64,000 bases of DNA, taken from NCBI GenBank assembly GCA_036172245.1, contig JAYWIR010000094.1, positions 62,001 through 126,000 on the forward strand, read 5' to 3'. Position numbers and translations under genes: made by a program. Numbering within the stretch: position 1 is the stretch's first letter; each line of letters opens with the position of its first letter. This DNA comes from Raillietiella orientalis. Lineage: Eukaryota. Below the pieces are notes generated by a model. It worked only from the letters and a program-made list of their open reading frames with translations. It was not told the origin of the DNA and did not search any database. Of the stretch, positions 12,626 through 24,099 are shown one piece after another.

Positions 12626-13869
12626 TTGCGTGCTCCAGGGTGGACGTGTTTTCTCAATGCTTCTCGTGCCAGGAAGTTTCCCCCAGTGCAAGCGTCGTGT
12701 GGTTCGGTGGTCGATCAGGCAGCGATGCCTGACGCGACCACCAGGGATGGCCAGAAGGCAGCGACAACGCCGCCCCCAGAGGCGATGGAGAGCCAAAGGG
12801 CGGCGGCAACGTCGTCCCCAGAGGCGATAGGGCGCCAGGGGGCAGCGGCAACGTCGCTTCAAGAGGCGGTGAAGGTGGAAGCATCCGCCCCCACAGAAAC
12901 GGTCCACGCTGCAGCGCGGGCGTGGAGCGCCGTTGTGTCGGCGCCATCGCCTGCAGCCGCGGCGGAATTGTCAGCCTATGTGGAGGAGGGGTATAACCCC
13001 TCATTGTTCTACAAGGTAGGCAATCTCTATTCTTTAGAGAGCGCGCGCACCTTCTGGAAGGGCATGCGCGCTCTCGATGTGAAAGAGGAGGAGCTCAGCG
13101 CTATGACCATCCGCAGCGGGGGTCAGTACCTTGAGGTCATCTGCAAACAAGCAGAGCTGGCCCAACGACAGCTTAAAACCCCCGTGGTGATGGGGACGCG
13201 CAGACTCCTCCTCACTACGGCGGACCTCATCATGGTGGTCCACCTGTTAGGTGTTACCGAGCGGATGCGCAAGGAACAGGTTCGCGCCGCGCTGGAACAA
13301 TTTGGAACGGTCCACGCGCAGTGGACGAAAGTTAGTCCTTTCGAGGACTACACGGGGCTGTAACACGGTCTCACGGCTGCGCGCGTGACCGTTCGGGAGA
13401 ACTGCACACTTCCCCACAAAGTGGTAGTCGAAGGCGAAACCGTCGACCTCTGGTATGTGGGGAAGCCGAAATACTGTGGCTTCTGCAATACGTCGGGTCA
13501 CTTTAAAAAGAGGTGTCCCAACGTGCAGTGACAAGTATGCGGCACAATGGGTCACACGAGGGAAGTGTGCCTAAAAGCAGCAGTGCGGGTGGTTTCCAAG
13601 AGAAACCTTAAAAAACGTACCCGGCTTCTGCAGAAAAGGCTGGCGGCCAAAGCTGCTGCGAAGGCTGTGCCACCCGCGCCCAAGGCCCAGGCCGCACCCA
13701 AGACTTCGGCGAACAACGCCGAACAAGTCGAGGGAACAAGCCAGGAGCCTGGATGGCAGGTGGCTACGGCCAAAAAATCAAAGAAGGAAAGGAGGATGGA
13801 GAAAAAGCTCGCTTGCCGCCAGAAAAAACAGCAGGCAAGCGAGCAAATTAAAGAATGCAGCGTTCTCGT
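12626..13869 (+). mobile_element. Segment B': 5' UTR and ORF1 (H-type gag-like, two CCHC knuckles, disrupted), 3'-truncated
   Basis: Very close paralogue of H (34370-33170); CGFCNTSGHFKKRC and a second knuckle; in-frame stops; probable ATG at 12725. Confidence 0.9.
12757..12880 (+). repeat. Imperfect 42-bp (14-codon) tandem repeat x3 in the ORF1 N-terminus
   Basis: AATTPPPEAMESQR / AAATSSPEAIGRQG / AAATSLQEAVKVEA; only two units in H. Confidence 0.8.
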
Positions 13870-16312
13870 TTATTACCCGGTTGCGCCGGGACGTTTATTA
13901 TAATATCAACTGGGAACTGTGTTCCCAGGCAAGAAGAACACAAAATGTGAAGTAGATTTCCCGGAACGCAAATCAAGTACACTGAGATTTCGGAACGGGA
14001 GGGGGTGGGACAATAAATAACTAAATTGGGTGGGAGGGCGGGGATAGGGGTATACAGTCTAACTGTTCCTATTCTCAGAACCGGCGGTGAATGCCGCCGA
14101 TCTCCATCCTCACTTCTGCTCCAAGATGTGGCCACCCGGCAGCCATTTGCAGGTTGCAGGCTGCGGTGTCGGGGACCGATGTTGGGACTGCTCGCGTCTG
14201 CAATACGTGACGAGCTCTGACAATGGCCCGGACGCAGCAGATGATTGCGACGACCGCTCCAAGAGAAAGATCGCCACGCGTGTGGAAGCGGCGCATCCAA
14301 TCCAGTGCGGTGTGTCCAGGGTGCAGGAGCGCTGAAGACAGCCGCTGCCACAGATCCTGGAGGACATTGCACTTAAACAGCAAATGCGAAAGCGAATCCA
14401 CCGCTCCGCATTGGGCACAGTTCGGGGAAGCAACTCTCCCGGAAATCAGGTGCGCTTGCTGGTTGCAGTACAAACCCCAATGCAACAGCAGAAAAGCGTC
14501 CTGTTTCCATCGAAGGGGAAAGAGAGTCGCGTCCAAACACGCAGAAGGGACCACAAGTTCATCGGTGGGCACCACGAGGAGCTCACTCCACCGGAGAAGT
14601 CCCTTGGCCCGAAGGCGAGGAGTGGCAGCGTCTGCCACTTCGCAATTCCGCCAGCCGCCCAGCAGTCGGGTTTCGCTTGAGATTTCGCAAGCAATCTCCC
14701 ACCTCGCAGGCAGGTCACTGTCGTCTCGCACCATCAGTGCACACAGTGCTTCGGCGAGTTGCGTAGCAACTAGGCGTGTCCACTGGTCCTGGTCTTCCAG
14801 CACCTCCCCCACAAGACAGTATGGGTAAAGGTTCACGCAACGGAGTTCCAAACGGGACACATCCTGTTGCGCAGCCCATGACGATAAGGCTTCTTTCCTC
14901 CAGGCGTTCAAGTTCGTCGGCCGGCAGGAGATCCACTCATGATTTCCCAGAAGCGTGGCGAGCTGCTTCAAAGGGAAGCCGAATCCTCTCCGTGCGCGCT
15001 CCGTGCGCAGATGCAACGAACGTAGTCCGTCGCCACCCGTGCAGCGCTGCAGCAGCAGCCGCGCTGAAGCACACCAGGGAGTAGTCCAGAGATGCGCACA
15101 AAGTGCCAGCATGCGGAACTGCACTAGAAGTCCGATCCGCTCCAGCGTCAGGATGCCCAATCCTGCATCCCGTCGAGGAGCCGTTAAGTCCTTCAGGCGT
15201 ATCCTGGACCTCGCCGGTCCCCACTGGGCGTTACGCAACAGGCGTTGCGCCCGGCGCTTAGACGAGTAGGAAGGGGGACAAACAAAAAAGAGGGGACGGA
15301 GGTGGGGGGCAGCGAAAATGTTCCACACGAAGGACGGTTCCTACAGGAGAAACCTGCCGCCTTGGAACGGGCCCAGAGCAGTCTCGGCCTTGTGAAGGCA
15401 GTCCGACCACGCTTCTGCTGGACAGAAGGCGCCCAATGGAACGCCGAGGTACTTCAAGCACCTGCCCGTGGGGTTCCCCAGGCGGATCCAGTCGGAATGC
15501 CCCTCCCACGTAGAGCCAACCGGTACAACGGATTTTGTCCCGTTGACGCTCAGGCCCGCTCCCCGACGAATGAGCTCCAAGAAGTCCTCGAGCCTGGACG
15601 CCGGGATGGACATGGGCAGCAGCAGGAGAAGCTCGTTAGCATAGGCGGCCACAGCCGGTGTTCCCGGGCAGGAGCTAAGCAGGCTGGCCAGCGTCAGCCT
15701 ATACACCCTCAGCACTAACTTAAAGAAGATGCTGAAGAGCAGGGAGCTTAAGCTGTCTCCCTGCCTGATACCCCGCCGTATGGGAATGCCGTACACGTGG
15801 CGCCCGCTGAAAGAGATACAGCATAACGCGTGGCGCCAGCAGGAGCGCAAGTAGGCAATGAGGTGCGTCGGGAGGCCTAGGAGTCCCAGAAGCTCCAGAT
15901 GGAGGTCCTGGTTTACGCTGTCGAACGCTTTACAGAGATCGACGGGGACCGCTAAGGCTCCCGGCGTTCCATCGTGCCTTGAACACCGCCGCTTACCTTT
16001 GTAAGCGACGATTTCGGCTGCCTAATTCTGCTGCGCCACGCGCTGCTGCAACTGGAACCATGTTCGCGCGAAGAAGAGTTTCGCGTCCATGGACCGCCCC
16101 GGAACAGCATACGTCTGCTCCGGACTTATCAAGGACTCCGCGATTCTTCCCAGGCGCGCGACCCACAGCTTGGAGAACAACTTGACGTCCGAACTCACCA
16201 AGGTGTTTGGACGTCAGTTGCTAACGAGGCGCAAATCGCCGCCTTACGGCAGCAGCCGCACCTTTGCTGAGCGGAAAGAAGCGGGAACATCTCCCGTCTC
16301 ACGCATCAGCGT
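13870..16312 (-). mobile_element. Segment C: 3' part of ORF2 (RT from LMRETGDVPASF), 3' UTR and AATAAA-hairpin end
   Basis: ORFs 15341-15850 and 14075-15328 (GIRQGDSLS, YANE, CAQCGAVDSLSHLLFKC); end AATAAACGTCCCGGCGCAACCGGGTAA at 13873-13899. Confidence 0.92.
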
Positions 16313-16450
16313 CGGTCGCGTACGGATGTGCTTTTGCGTCGCTCCGCGGTAGATTGGCTCTTGTGTGTTTTTGTTCTGCTGTGCTTCTGTGCTGCAATAA
16401 GAGCAAAGAAGAACATCAGCCGCAAGAAGGGAACCCCACCTGCTCCTGAG

Positions 16451-17805
16451 ATGGCTGCTTCGGCTGCTAGCAAGAAGCCTCTGTGTTCGCCGACGGCGAG
16501 GACATTCGCCCAGGTCGCTGCCCTCGCGGCTACGATGGGACCTTCGCCCGACAGCCCTGAGCTTCAGCCGTATGTAGCAAATGGCTACACGCCTGCACCC
16601 AGGTATAAGGTAAGTGTCCTTATGCCTGAGGGGGATGGGCGCGAGTTTGGCCAGGAACTCCAACGGATTGGAGTTCAAAAAGTCCAACTTGAGTCCATGA
16701 TGCCCATGAGTGGGTGCAGCTACTAAGAGGTGTCCAGTAAGGACGCTCTCCTTACGCAGCGTTTGCTGCACACGCCGCTGCTCATTCGTGGGCAGGAAAT
16801 ACTCCCTGTCACAACAGACCAGTCGTTCGGTGTCCGGCACAGTGGAGTGTGTAAGGGCCTTTCGGACCGCCAGGTCGTGGAGGCCCTTGAAAAATTCGCT
16901 ACCGTTCACGCGCTTTGGAGGCTGCCAAACCCTGCTGAAGGGTTCGAAGACCACCACAGCGGGCTCGCGCAAGTGCGAGTGACGATGACGGATCGCCGTG
17001 CAATGCCCACGCGACTGCAGGTGGATGGAATGACCGTCCGCCTGTGGTTTGCCAGGCAAACGCTTGCGTGCGCGGAATGCGGGCAGGAGGGTCACCGCAT
17101 TACGATGTATCCCTCGGCCGCCTGCCGTTACTGCCACGAGCACGGGCACAGTAAAAGAACGTGCCCGGAGCTCCTTTTAAAAAACGAAAAGCGCAGAAAC
17201 GAATCGCGTTCCGCACTGCGGAATAATCGCCGCGAATCGAGAGAAAGAAACATCAAAGCTCCGAAAAGCGTTACGAAAACCGCGACCACGTACGTGCAGA
17301 AAACTGTTTCTCGCTTCCACAAAGAAGGGGTGGAAAAAACACAAAAAAACTCGTCGCGGCAAAGGCTCCGGCTATCGACCCGAAGGAAGCTCGCGAAGAA
17401 TGCGACCTTTCTACGAGACCTCGCAGCCAATTGTTGAATGCAGGAGACATTGCGCCGGAGGTCAAAAAGCCTCCTACTGTCGGCATCACGACCGCGAAGC
17501 CTCGTACCAAGGCCTCGACGAGCGCCGCGGAATGCGGTCGGTCGCCCGAAACGGGAAAAACGAGCCCGCGGGCAAAGAACACCGCGCCGTCTGAAGCTAC
17601 CGCGGCCAAGGAGCCCCAAGCGCCGAGTGCCGCGAAGAATCAGCCGGCAAACCCGCAGTCCTCGCAAGCGGACGCAGCGCCTACTGCGGCCAAGGAAGAA
17701 ACTGCTAGGGAGAGCACAACCGCTACAGCAGTGCCCCCAGCGGTCGCAAAGGCAACGCGCGAACCCTCCGATCTGGAAGAGGCAGCGCCTCTCGCGATCG
17801 CTAGG
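16451..17805 (+). pseudogene. E ORF1, N-terminal part (gag-like, CCHC knuckles)
   Basis: RTFAQVAA, VHALWRLPN, CAECGQEGH, CRYCHEHGHSKRTC; stop near 16724 and a frameshift near 17.3-17.4 kb. Confidence 0.85.
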
Positions 17806-17939
17806 TTTCCCCAAGTCCCACAGGGGGTAAGGTAAGTTTATTTTTCTATAAAAATGCAAAATTTACATTCGCACTCTCATTCACTGAATACAAACATTTT
17901 GCATTTGGGGGTCCTTGGGTTGCACTAGAGTTCTGCTTT

Positions 17940-20900
17940 TCAGAGGGGAATTCCAGCTGGATGGTCCCGGGCGTCGTCCTGGATCCTCTTCAGGATGAAT
18001 CGGTACGTCCAGGCGTGGATCTTCCCGCAGTTCCTGATGCCGATTTCCCTCTTCAAGAGCCCTTGTAGGATCTCCATCGGTGGTGCGGCTCTCCTGGCTT
18101 TCCTCATTTTCCACCACCGCACAAGTATGGCGGTGATGAAGAGGGCTATTGTCGTCCTCACCATGGGATTGTAACAGGGAACATTACCATCCCCATGAAA
18201 CATCCCGGCGAGGATCTCCATAACGGACTTGTTGGTAAGTCCTATGATCCTTTTCAGGATCAGCCAGTCATGCAGCAGTGTGGGACACGTCAAGACGTGA
18301 AGTCTCGTGTCGTCGTCTCCACATGCTGCGCAGTCTCGGTCTTCCCGTCTTCCTGTGAAGTGCTGCAATCGGGACCCACTCTGGATTCCTCCGTGATAAA
18401 ACATCAGGAGGTCATCCTGGGTGCCCATCGGAAGGTCACTCCTCCAGAGCGTCGTGCCGATCGCTAACAGGTTGAACCGTTCACTCCCGTAGCGTTCGGT
18501 GGCTTCCTGGAGGGCACTGGTGTCACGGTCGTTTTCTTGGATAAGCCTTCGGAGGTTTGTTCTGGTTACCCTCGACCATGCGAAGTCGTTGTGGTTGAAC
18601 CACACTTCGCGGGTCCTGTGGGTAAACCTTCCTAACATCATCTCTGTATACCGAAGTATACGTGTTTGATGTAGGTAGCCTCCTCGCCTCCACTCCTGGA
18701 TTTGCAGTAGGGTAACTCTGGACCGCTGGTTGATCCAGCTTCTCGTGTCCGGCGGGACAGGAAGCAACCAAGGGATCACCAGGATGGACTCGTCCTGCCA
18801 GAGTTCCCTGCTTCGCGGCACGATCTTGATTTGGTGCTTCCGCACCAGCCGTTGCTTCCTCCTCCAGGTCGGGTCGATTGTTATGCATTCCCCTACTTTG
18901 CCTAGCAGCGCAGTCATCAGGCCTTTCGAGTTGTTAAGCAACAACGCGTAGGCCCTGTGCGCCGCATACGGCCAGTCATCCCAGTAAGTGGCCATGTCCA
19001 GGATGTGTCGGGTATCCATGATTTCCATGGAATGTGCAAGCGACTTCATCCCGGAACCGCCTTCTTCCCTGGGACGACACAGGGGTTTCAGTCTTACTCT
19101 TGGACGATAGTGGCCCCAGAGTGTTTTTCTTTGCAGCTTGTCGAACTCCCTAGTAGTGTCCTTGTTCATCCTCGCGAAGGCCGCCCCGAAGAGCACTTTC
19201 GGAAGGGGTACTCCGTTCCATATGTTGGCCTTTCGCTTCATCCCAAGGTTCGTTCGGGTGTACTTGGCTGCTTCCTTGGCCGTTTTCCCCAGGATTTCCT
19301 TCCACAGCAGCTTCGACGCAGAGCCGTCGCCGATGTAGACTCCCAGGTACTTGGCCGTGTCCACCGTACGGAATCCACTACCCGTTAGAGTGGAGAGATC
19401 CAGTATTCCGACGGGCAAAAGCTGGCTCTTCTGGGAATTGATTTTTAAGCCCAAGCCCTGTTCCATCTGGTCCACCATATCCAGAAACGCACGCTGATTT
19501 TTCTCTCCCTTGATGAAGAAGAGTAGATCATCAACGTATGCCAGATGAGTAAGACGCTGGCTATCGATGGTAATCCCGCTTAGTCGTCCGCTCTTCTCGA
19601 TAAAGGACGACAACGCCTCCATATAGATGACGAACAGCATCGGACTTAGCGAGTCGCCCTGTCGGACTCCTTGTTCCATCCTGATTGCTGCCGTCTCCTG
19701 GCCGTTGATTTTGATCCGGCAGTACTGGTTCTGGAGTACCGCCCTCACGAAGTTGCTGAAGTGTTCCGGAAGCCCTATCTTCTCCAGAACCTTCAGCAGC
19801 ATCCCGTGGTCGATGGAGTCGAAGGCCTTCTCCATGTCAGTGAACACCAGCACCAGGTTCTCGCCGACGTATCGACTGAGTTCAACAGTGGCCTGGGCAC
19901 ACTTGACATTGTCCGACATGTGTCGTCCTGGGACTGCACATGTCTGGACCGGAGAGATCAGCCTCGACATGACCTTGCCTAAGCGGTTGGACCAGATCTT
20001 CGCCAACCACTTGGCATCGGAGTTTAGAATCGAGATTGGCATCCATTGGGCGATCTGGGTAGAGTCGCCTCCTTTCGGCAGCAATCTCATCCGACTCTCG
20101 TAGAAGGACTGAGGTAGTCTGCCTTCTTCCCGGATGCAGAGGGTCAACTAGTGGAACAAGCGCAGGTAGGCGTTCAGGTACCGCTGATAGTGCGTGATGG
20201 GTACACTGTCAGGGCCCGCTGCCACGTCCTTGCGAAGTTGCCCAAACGCAGTCTTCACCTCTTCTTCGGAGAACTCCTCCTCCAGTCTGTTCCGCTGGAG
20301 GTCGTCGATCCTCTTCTCAAGATAGCTCAAGAAGGCCTGTTGACTAGAGCGACACAGCTGTTGTCGCCTGAAGTGTTTCGTGTAATGCCTGTGAAAGGCA
20401 TCCACGATGTCCTCAGACGACTGTCGCTTTTGGCCGTCGTACTGGATGCAGAAGATATCTGTTGCCAGATTTCTCTTCTCCAGCACGCCGACTTCCCCTT
20501 TCATGTTATTGAGGACGTACCGACTCTCGTACTGATCGAAGTACTTTGAGAGGGAGCGATCTTGGATGTTCAGCTCCCGGTACGCCTCTTGCCTCAAGCG
20601 CCTATCCCCGAACTGCATGTTTGCAAACAGGTGTATCCTGTGTTTCAGGCTGTCTCAGTCGGCGACTCTTCGGATTGTTGTTGCCCTCAGAATCGCCTCC
20701 AGGACAGCCTGATGTCCGGGATGGGTTTCGAACCAGGCGGGCATGCTGATGAGCGCTGCCCTGGTGCCTTGCCTCCGCCGAGGATTCTCCGTTCTTAGGG
20801 AAAACCGCACCAGGGGGTGATCGGACACCGTAGTCATAGTGTCGCGAAACCCCTGGATACGGTTCCTAAGTTCGGTGCTGTGCAGGACGTGATCGAATGG

Positions 20901-21457
20901 CTTGTGGCTTGCTGTTCGCAGACCAGTCCGAACTCCTCGGATAGCCGTCGATACGCCGTCCTTCCTCTGGCGTCTTCCGAATGAATGATCTCATCCAAGA
21001 TGTTGAGATCGCCAGCAACAATCACGACGTCCTTAGGGGCGACCTTTTGCCGGAGTGTTGCATGCAACGCCTCCGCACAACGATGTTTTAGCCTGAACGG
21101 CCCGTACAAGTTCACCAGGATAAGGTGAACAGTCGCGGACCAGGCCAGTCGCACGCCGATGATTCGTCCGGGTTGGGGACAGAACACTTCCAGAATAGTG
21201 GGGGCTAAGTGGTTCTTTATTAGCACCGCCACACCCTTCGTGTTCCGTTCCCCTTCGTTGACGAACATCTGCCCGTTGAATCGCCGTTCCATTCGTTGGC
21301 TTATCTCCAGACCCATCCTGTGGGACTCCTGCAGGCACACGATGTCTTGTTGTGCGATGGTCCGCACAATCCTTCTTCTTTTTTCCTGGTCGACCACACC
21401 GTTTACGTTCCAGGAGGCGATATTAATCCTCCTGGCGGTCGATAGGGAAGAGGCCAT
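17940..21457 (-). pseudogene. D ORF2: APE endonuclease-reverse transcriptase, a few lesions
   Basis: IASWNVNG, IVCLQESH, AGDLN, SDH, DMEKAFDSIDH, GVRQGDSLSPMLF, AYVDD, KYLGV, CAACGDDDTRLHVLTC; stop at 20148 and frame disruption near 20.6-20.85 kb. Confidence 0.93.
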
Positions 21458-21470
21458 AAAAGGGGAAGAC

Positions 21471-23258
21471 CTATTTTTTGGCCTTCCTGAGCTTCTTCTG
21501 TCTGAGAGAGCGTGCTCTTCCAGACAATGAAGAAGCAGCGGGTTTCTCGCTGCAGGCGTCACTCTCTGTACCTGTGAGGTCGGTAATTTCCGCCTCCTCC
21601 GTAGAGTGTTCCGCCTGCGCGATCAATTTTCGAGATAGCGCCTCTATCTCGACCTTGGCGCAGAAGTTCGCCTTCACGTCGAGAAGCTGTTCCTCTAACT
21701 TCTCGCGTTCAGCGACCTCCACCACCTGGTTGATGTTCTCTTGTGCAGTGCAGATCTTCTGCAAGATTTTCTCTTGCTGAGGACCGCTCTGCACCTCCAT
21801 GATCTCCTCCGCCAGTGTTGCCAACTCCTCCGTAGTCTGCAGAGCCTCCTGCGACACTTTAGTGGCTTCCTGTCTCTGTTCCTTCGCGCCTTCCTGCGCT
21901 ACCTCCATCTTCTCGCCTTCCTGCTCTGCTGCTTCCAGGATTTGAGGAGTTCCTTGCTCCTTGACGAGCATCCTCCTCTTTCCCTTCTTTCCCACTTCTA
22001 TGAAGCCGTCCGCCGACACCGGGACAGCTTCTTTCACTTTTTTCTGCCTTCCTGCCTTCTGAGGCTGTTCGGCCTCCTTGATGTTTCTCTCTCTTACGGG
22101 AGAGAGACCTCGAATCCTTCTGCAGTTTTCAAACTCCGGACAGCTCCATTTCGCATGTCCGTGTTTCTTGCAGAAGGAGCACACCTCCGGATGCGGGCAG
22201 TTTCGGACTTGATGTCCTACTTCGCCGCAGCGGAAACAACGACACGTTGGGCAAGAGCCGGCCCTGTGACCGAACTGCTTGCACCCGGTGCATAATACCG
22301 GTTGTTGCCGGTAACGCACATTCACTCCCTGGGATTGTTCGTCAATAACGGCCAATCCAGGGATCACCGCTCCCTCCCTCAACTTCATCTTGGCGATCAT
22401 GTCGCCAGAAAATATGTTTCCAGAGAAGTTCTGGAAATCAAGGTCCAGAACTTCCCCAAACTGCTCCAAGTAATTCCACACCGCTAGTTGCGGTGTGAGG
22501 ATGAAGATGCCGTTTAAAAAGACAGTTGTGTATGGCATCTCGCCAATACCACAAACCATCCGTCCTTGTATATTGATCCCCTTCTGGATCAATCGCTCTC
22601 TAATGTTTTCACAGTCTGTAAAGACTGTGAACCCGTTGTTTGATGGAATGTTCGCCTTAATGCGATCAAAGTCTATGTCCGTCTTGTCGAGGGACAAATA
22701 GACCTCCCTGATGTTATTAAATTTTATTAGCCCCGTCTTGAAGATAATGGGCTTCACGTTGGGGCCTATTTCGACTAGTGGTCGGTCCACTTTTAGTACT
22801 TTTCCGCTAAGCGGCTTACCGAATTTCCTAGGTGGGTGGACACTCGCCTGTCCAGCCGCCACCGACGCATAAGAAAAGGGCTGCGACGCCGCAGCCGAAC
22901 AAGATGGCGTCGCGCCCTGCACCGCGTGGACGCCCGCGGGTCCCGCCTGGGACGCCACCGCCGCGGGCGCAAACCTCGACGTTGCCGCCGTTACCGCCGC
23001 GGGCGGCACCCTCGGCATCGCCGCCGCAGGCGCGACCTTCCCCGCCGCGGGCACGATCCTCGGCGTCGCCGCCGCGGGCACGACCTCCGCCGTCGTCGCC
23101 GCGGGCACGATCCTTGGCATCGCCGCCGCCGGCGCAGCAAAGCCCGCCGCGGGCGCGATCCTCGGCATGCCTGCCACCGCCTCGCCGTTGCTGCACGTTA
23201 CCTCCATGGCTTCCATGGGGGACGACGGTCTCTCCACTCCTCTTCTAGGTGCCTGCAT
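21471..23258 (-). CDS. D ORF1: intact gag-like nucleic-acid-binding protein with three CCHC knuckles and a predicted C-terminal coiled coil
   Basis: CTGCKQFGHRAGSC, CFRCGEVGHQVRNC, CSFCKKHGHAKWSC; E/Q/K-rich C-terminus; start ATG uncertain. Confidence 0.9.
   Translation of the reverse strand: MQAPRRGVERPSSPMEAMEVTCSNGEAVAGMPRIAPAAGFAAPAAAMPRIVPAATTAEVVPAAATPRIVPAAGKVAPAAAMPRVPPAAVTAATSRFAPAAVASQAGPAGVHAVQGATPSCSAAASQPFSYASVAAGQASVHPPRKFGKPLSGKVLKVDRPLVEIGPNVKPIIFKTGLIKFNNIREVYLSLDKTDIDFDRIKANIPSNNGFTVFTDCENIRERLIQKGINIQGRMVCGIGEMPYTTVFLNGIFILTPQLAVWNYLEQFGEVLDLDFQNFSGNIFSGDMIAKMKLREGAVIPGLAVIDEQSQGVNVRYRQQPVLCTGCKQFGHRAGSCPTCRCFRCGEVGHQVRNCPHPEVCSFCKKHGHAKWSCPEFENCRRIRGLSPVRERNIKEAEQPQKAGRQKKVKEAVPVSADGFIEVGKKGKRRMLVKEQGTPQILEAAEQEGEKMEVAQEGAKEQRQEATKVSQEALQTTEELATLAEEIMEVQSGPQQEKILQKICTAQENINQVVEVAEREKLEEQLLDVKANFCAKVEIEALSRKLIAQAEHSTEEAEITDLTGTESDACSEKPAASSLSGRARSLRQKKLRKAKK
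22955..23180 (-). repeat. GC-rich coding minisatellite in D ORF1 (A-M/T-P-R-I-V-P-A-A units)
   Basis: Repeated GCCGCGGGCACGATCCTCGGC; MPRIAPAA / MPRIVPAA / TPRIVPAA / MPRVPPAA. Confidence 0.85.
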
Positions 23259-23392
23259 CCTGGCAGCTGGTCTTGCTGCACGGGACCACTGCAGGTCTTT
23301 TGCCGCGATCTCCTCGCCGCTTCTTTTTTTTTGTTTCTTCTGGAAAACTTCCCCTCTCCGGGCACACACGAGCACAATTAACTAATAAAGTT

Positions 23393-24099
23393 GTCGAGCG
23401 CACAATACTTTGAGCCGCGGAGCAAGTTCACCGACTCTGCAGGAGAGGAGCGATCTCCCGACTGTCAAGGTGACTCCGTTGCCGCCTTTTAAAGGCGTGG
23501 CGAAAGCAACGCCCCCAGAGAACGCAGCGAAAATCCCGGAGGTTTCCGCAACTACTGTCGCGGAAGCCTTCAAAAATCGCGAAGGCGAATGGAAGGTTGT
23601 AAAGAGGAGCAAAGAAAAATCTCCAAAAAAAGCTCCGCAACCTCCATCCATGAGCTCTTTTAAAGGAAAAAGCAGTCGCGGGAATACGAAAATACGCGCG
23701 GCTTTTGACTCTTCCAAGGAAAAAGCCATGGCCTTCAACGCGTGAAAGTCCGCTTCTGTGACCGCCGAGAAGACCATTCCGGTGCAATCGGAAGGATGCA
23801 AGCGCACGTCTATCGTGCGAGCATGAGACTCCACAAAGGAGTCCGATAACGCAGCTGAACGACGCGTAACTCGCGCGGGAGCGAGCGCCCGCAGGGCTGA
23901 AGCCCTGAGGCGTAACACACTCGCCGCGGAACAAGGAGTGCTCACACCGGAACCCACAGGTTCTGCACCCGGGGAGGAGCACCCGATTACGTGCAGCACA
24001 GTTGAGGCCGGTGGCGACTGCGCCCTCCAGCCCGTCGTGCTGCTTACTGCCCGCTCGCCGGGTGAGGCGAGCACCACTGCCTCGCTTTCTCAGCCGTGA
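23393..24099 (+). pseudogene. E ORF1, C-terminal low-complexity part
   Basis: A/P/K-rich, EGEWKVVKRSK motif, ends SLSQP* overlapping the ORF2 ATG; internal stops. Confidence 0.75.

Larger units (their letters stand above)
17806..23392 (-). mobile_element. Element D: full-length non-LTR retrotransposon of a distant L1/Tx1-like family, nested antisense in E ORF1
   Basis: Colinear ORF1 and ORF2, both very divergent from all other copies; AATAAA at 17837-17842 (minus); flanked on both sides by E ORF1; no TSD found. Confidence 0.9.

Noticed and set aside
10545..13869. Twin-priming 5' inversions as the explanation for head-to-head junctions
   Set aside because: Joined halves belong to different subfamilies (B vs B'), and at 16313 the 'inverted' partner is the full-length element E; nesting explains the layout better, though twin priming is not excluded for individual junctions.
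17830..17838. ACTTACCT on the minus strand as a U1 snRNA 5' end or snRNA target
   Set aside because: Only 8 nt match and no U1 body follows.
17790..23410. Target-site duplication around D
   Set aside because: No matching direct repeat found at the two flanks.
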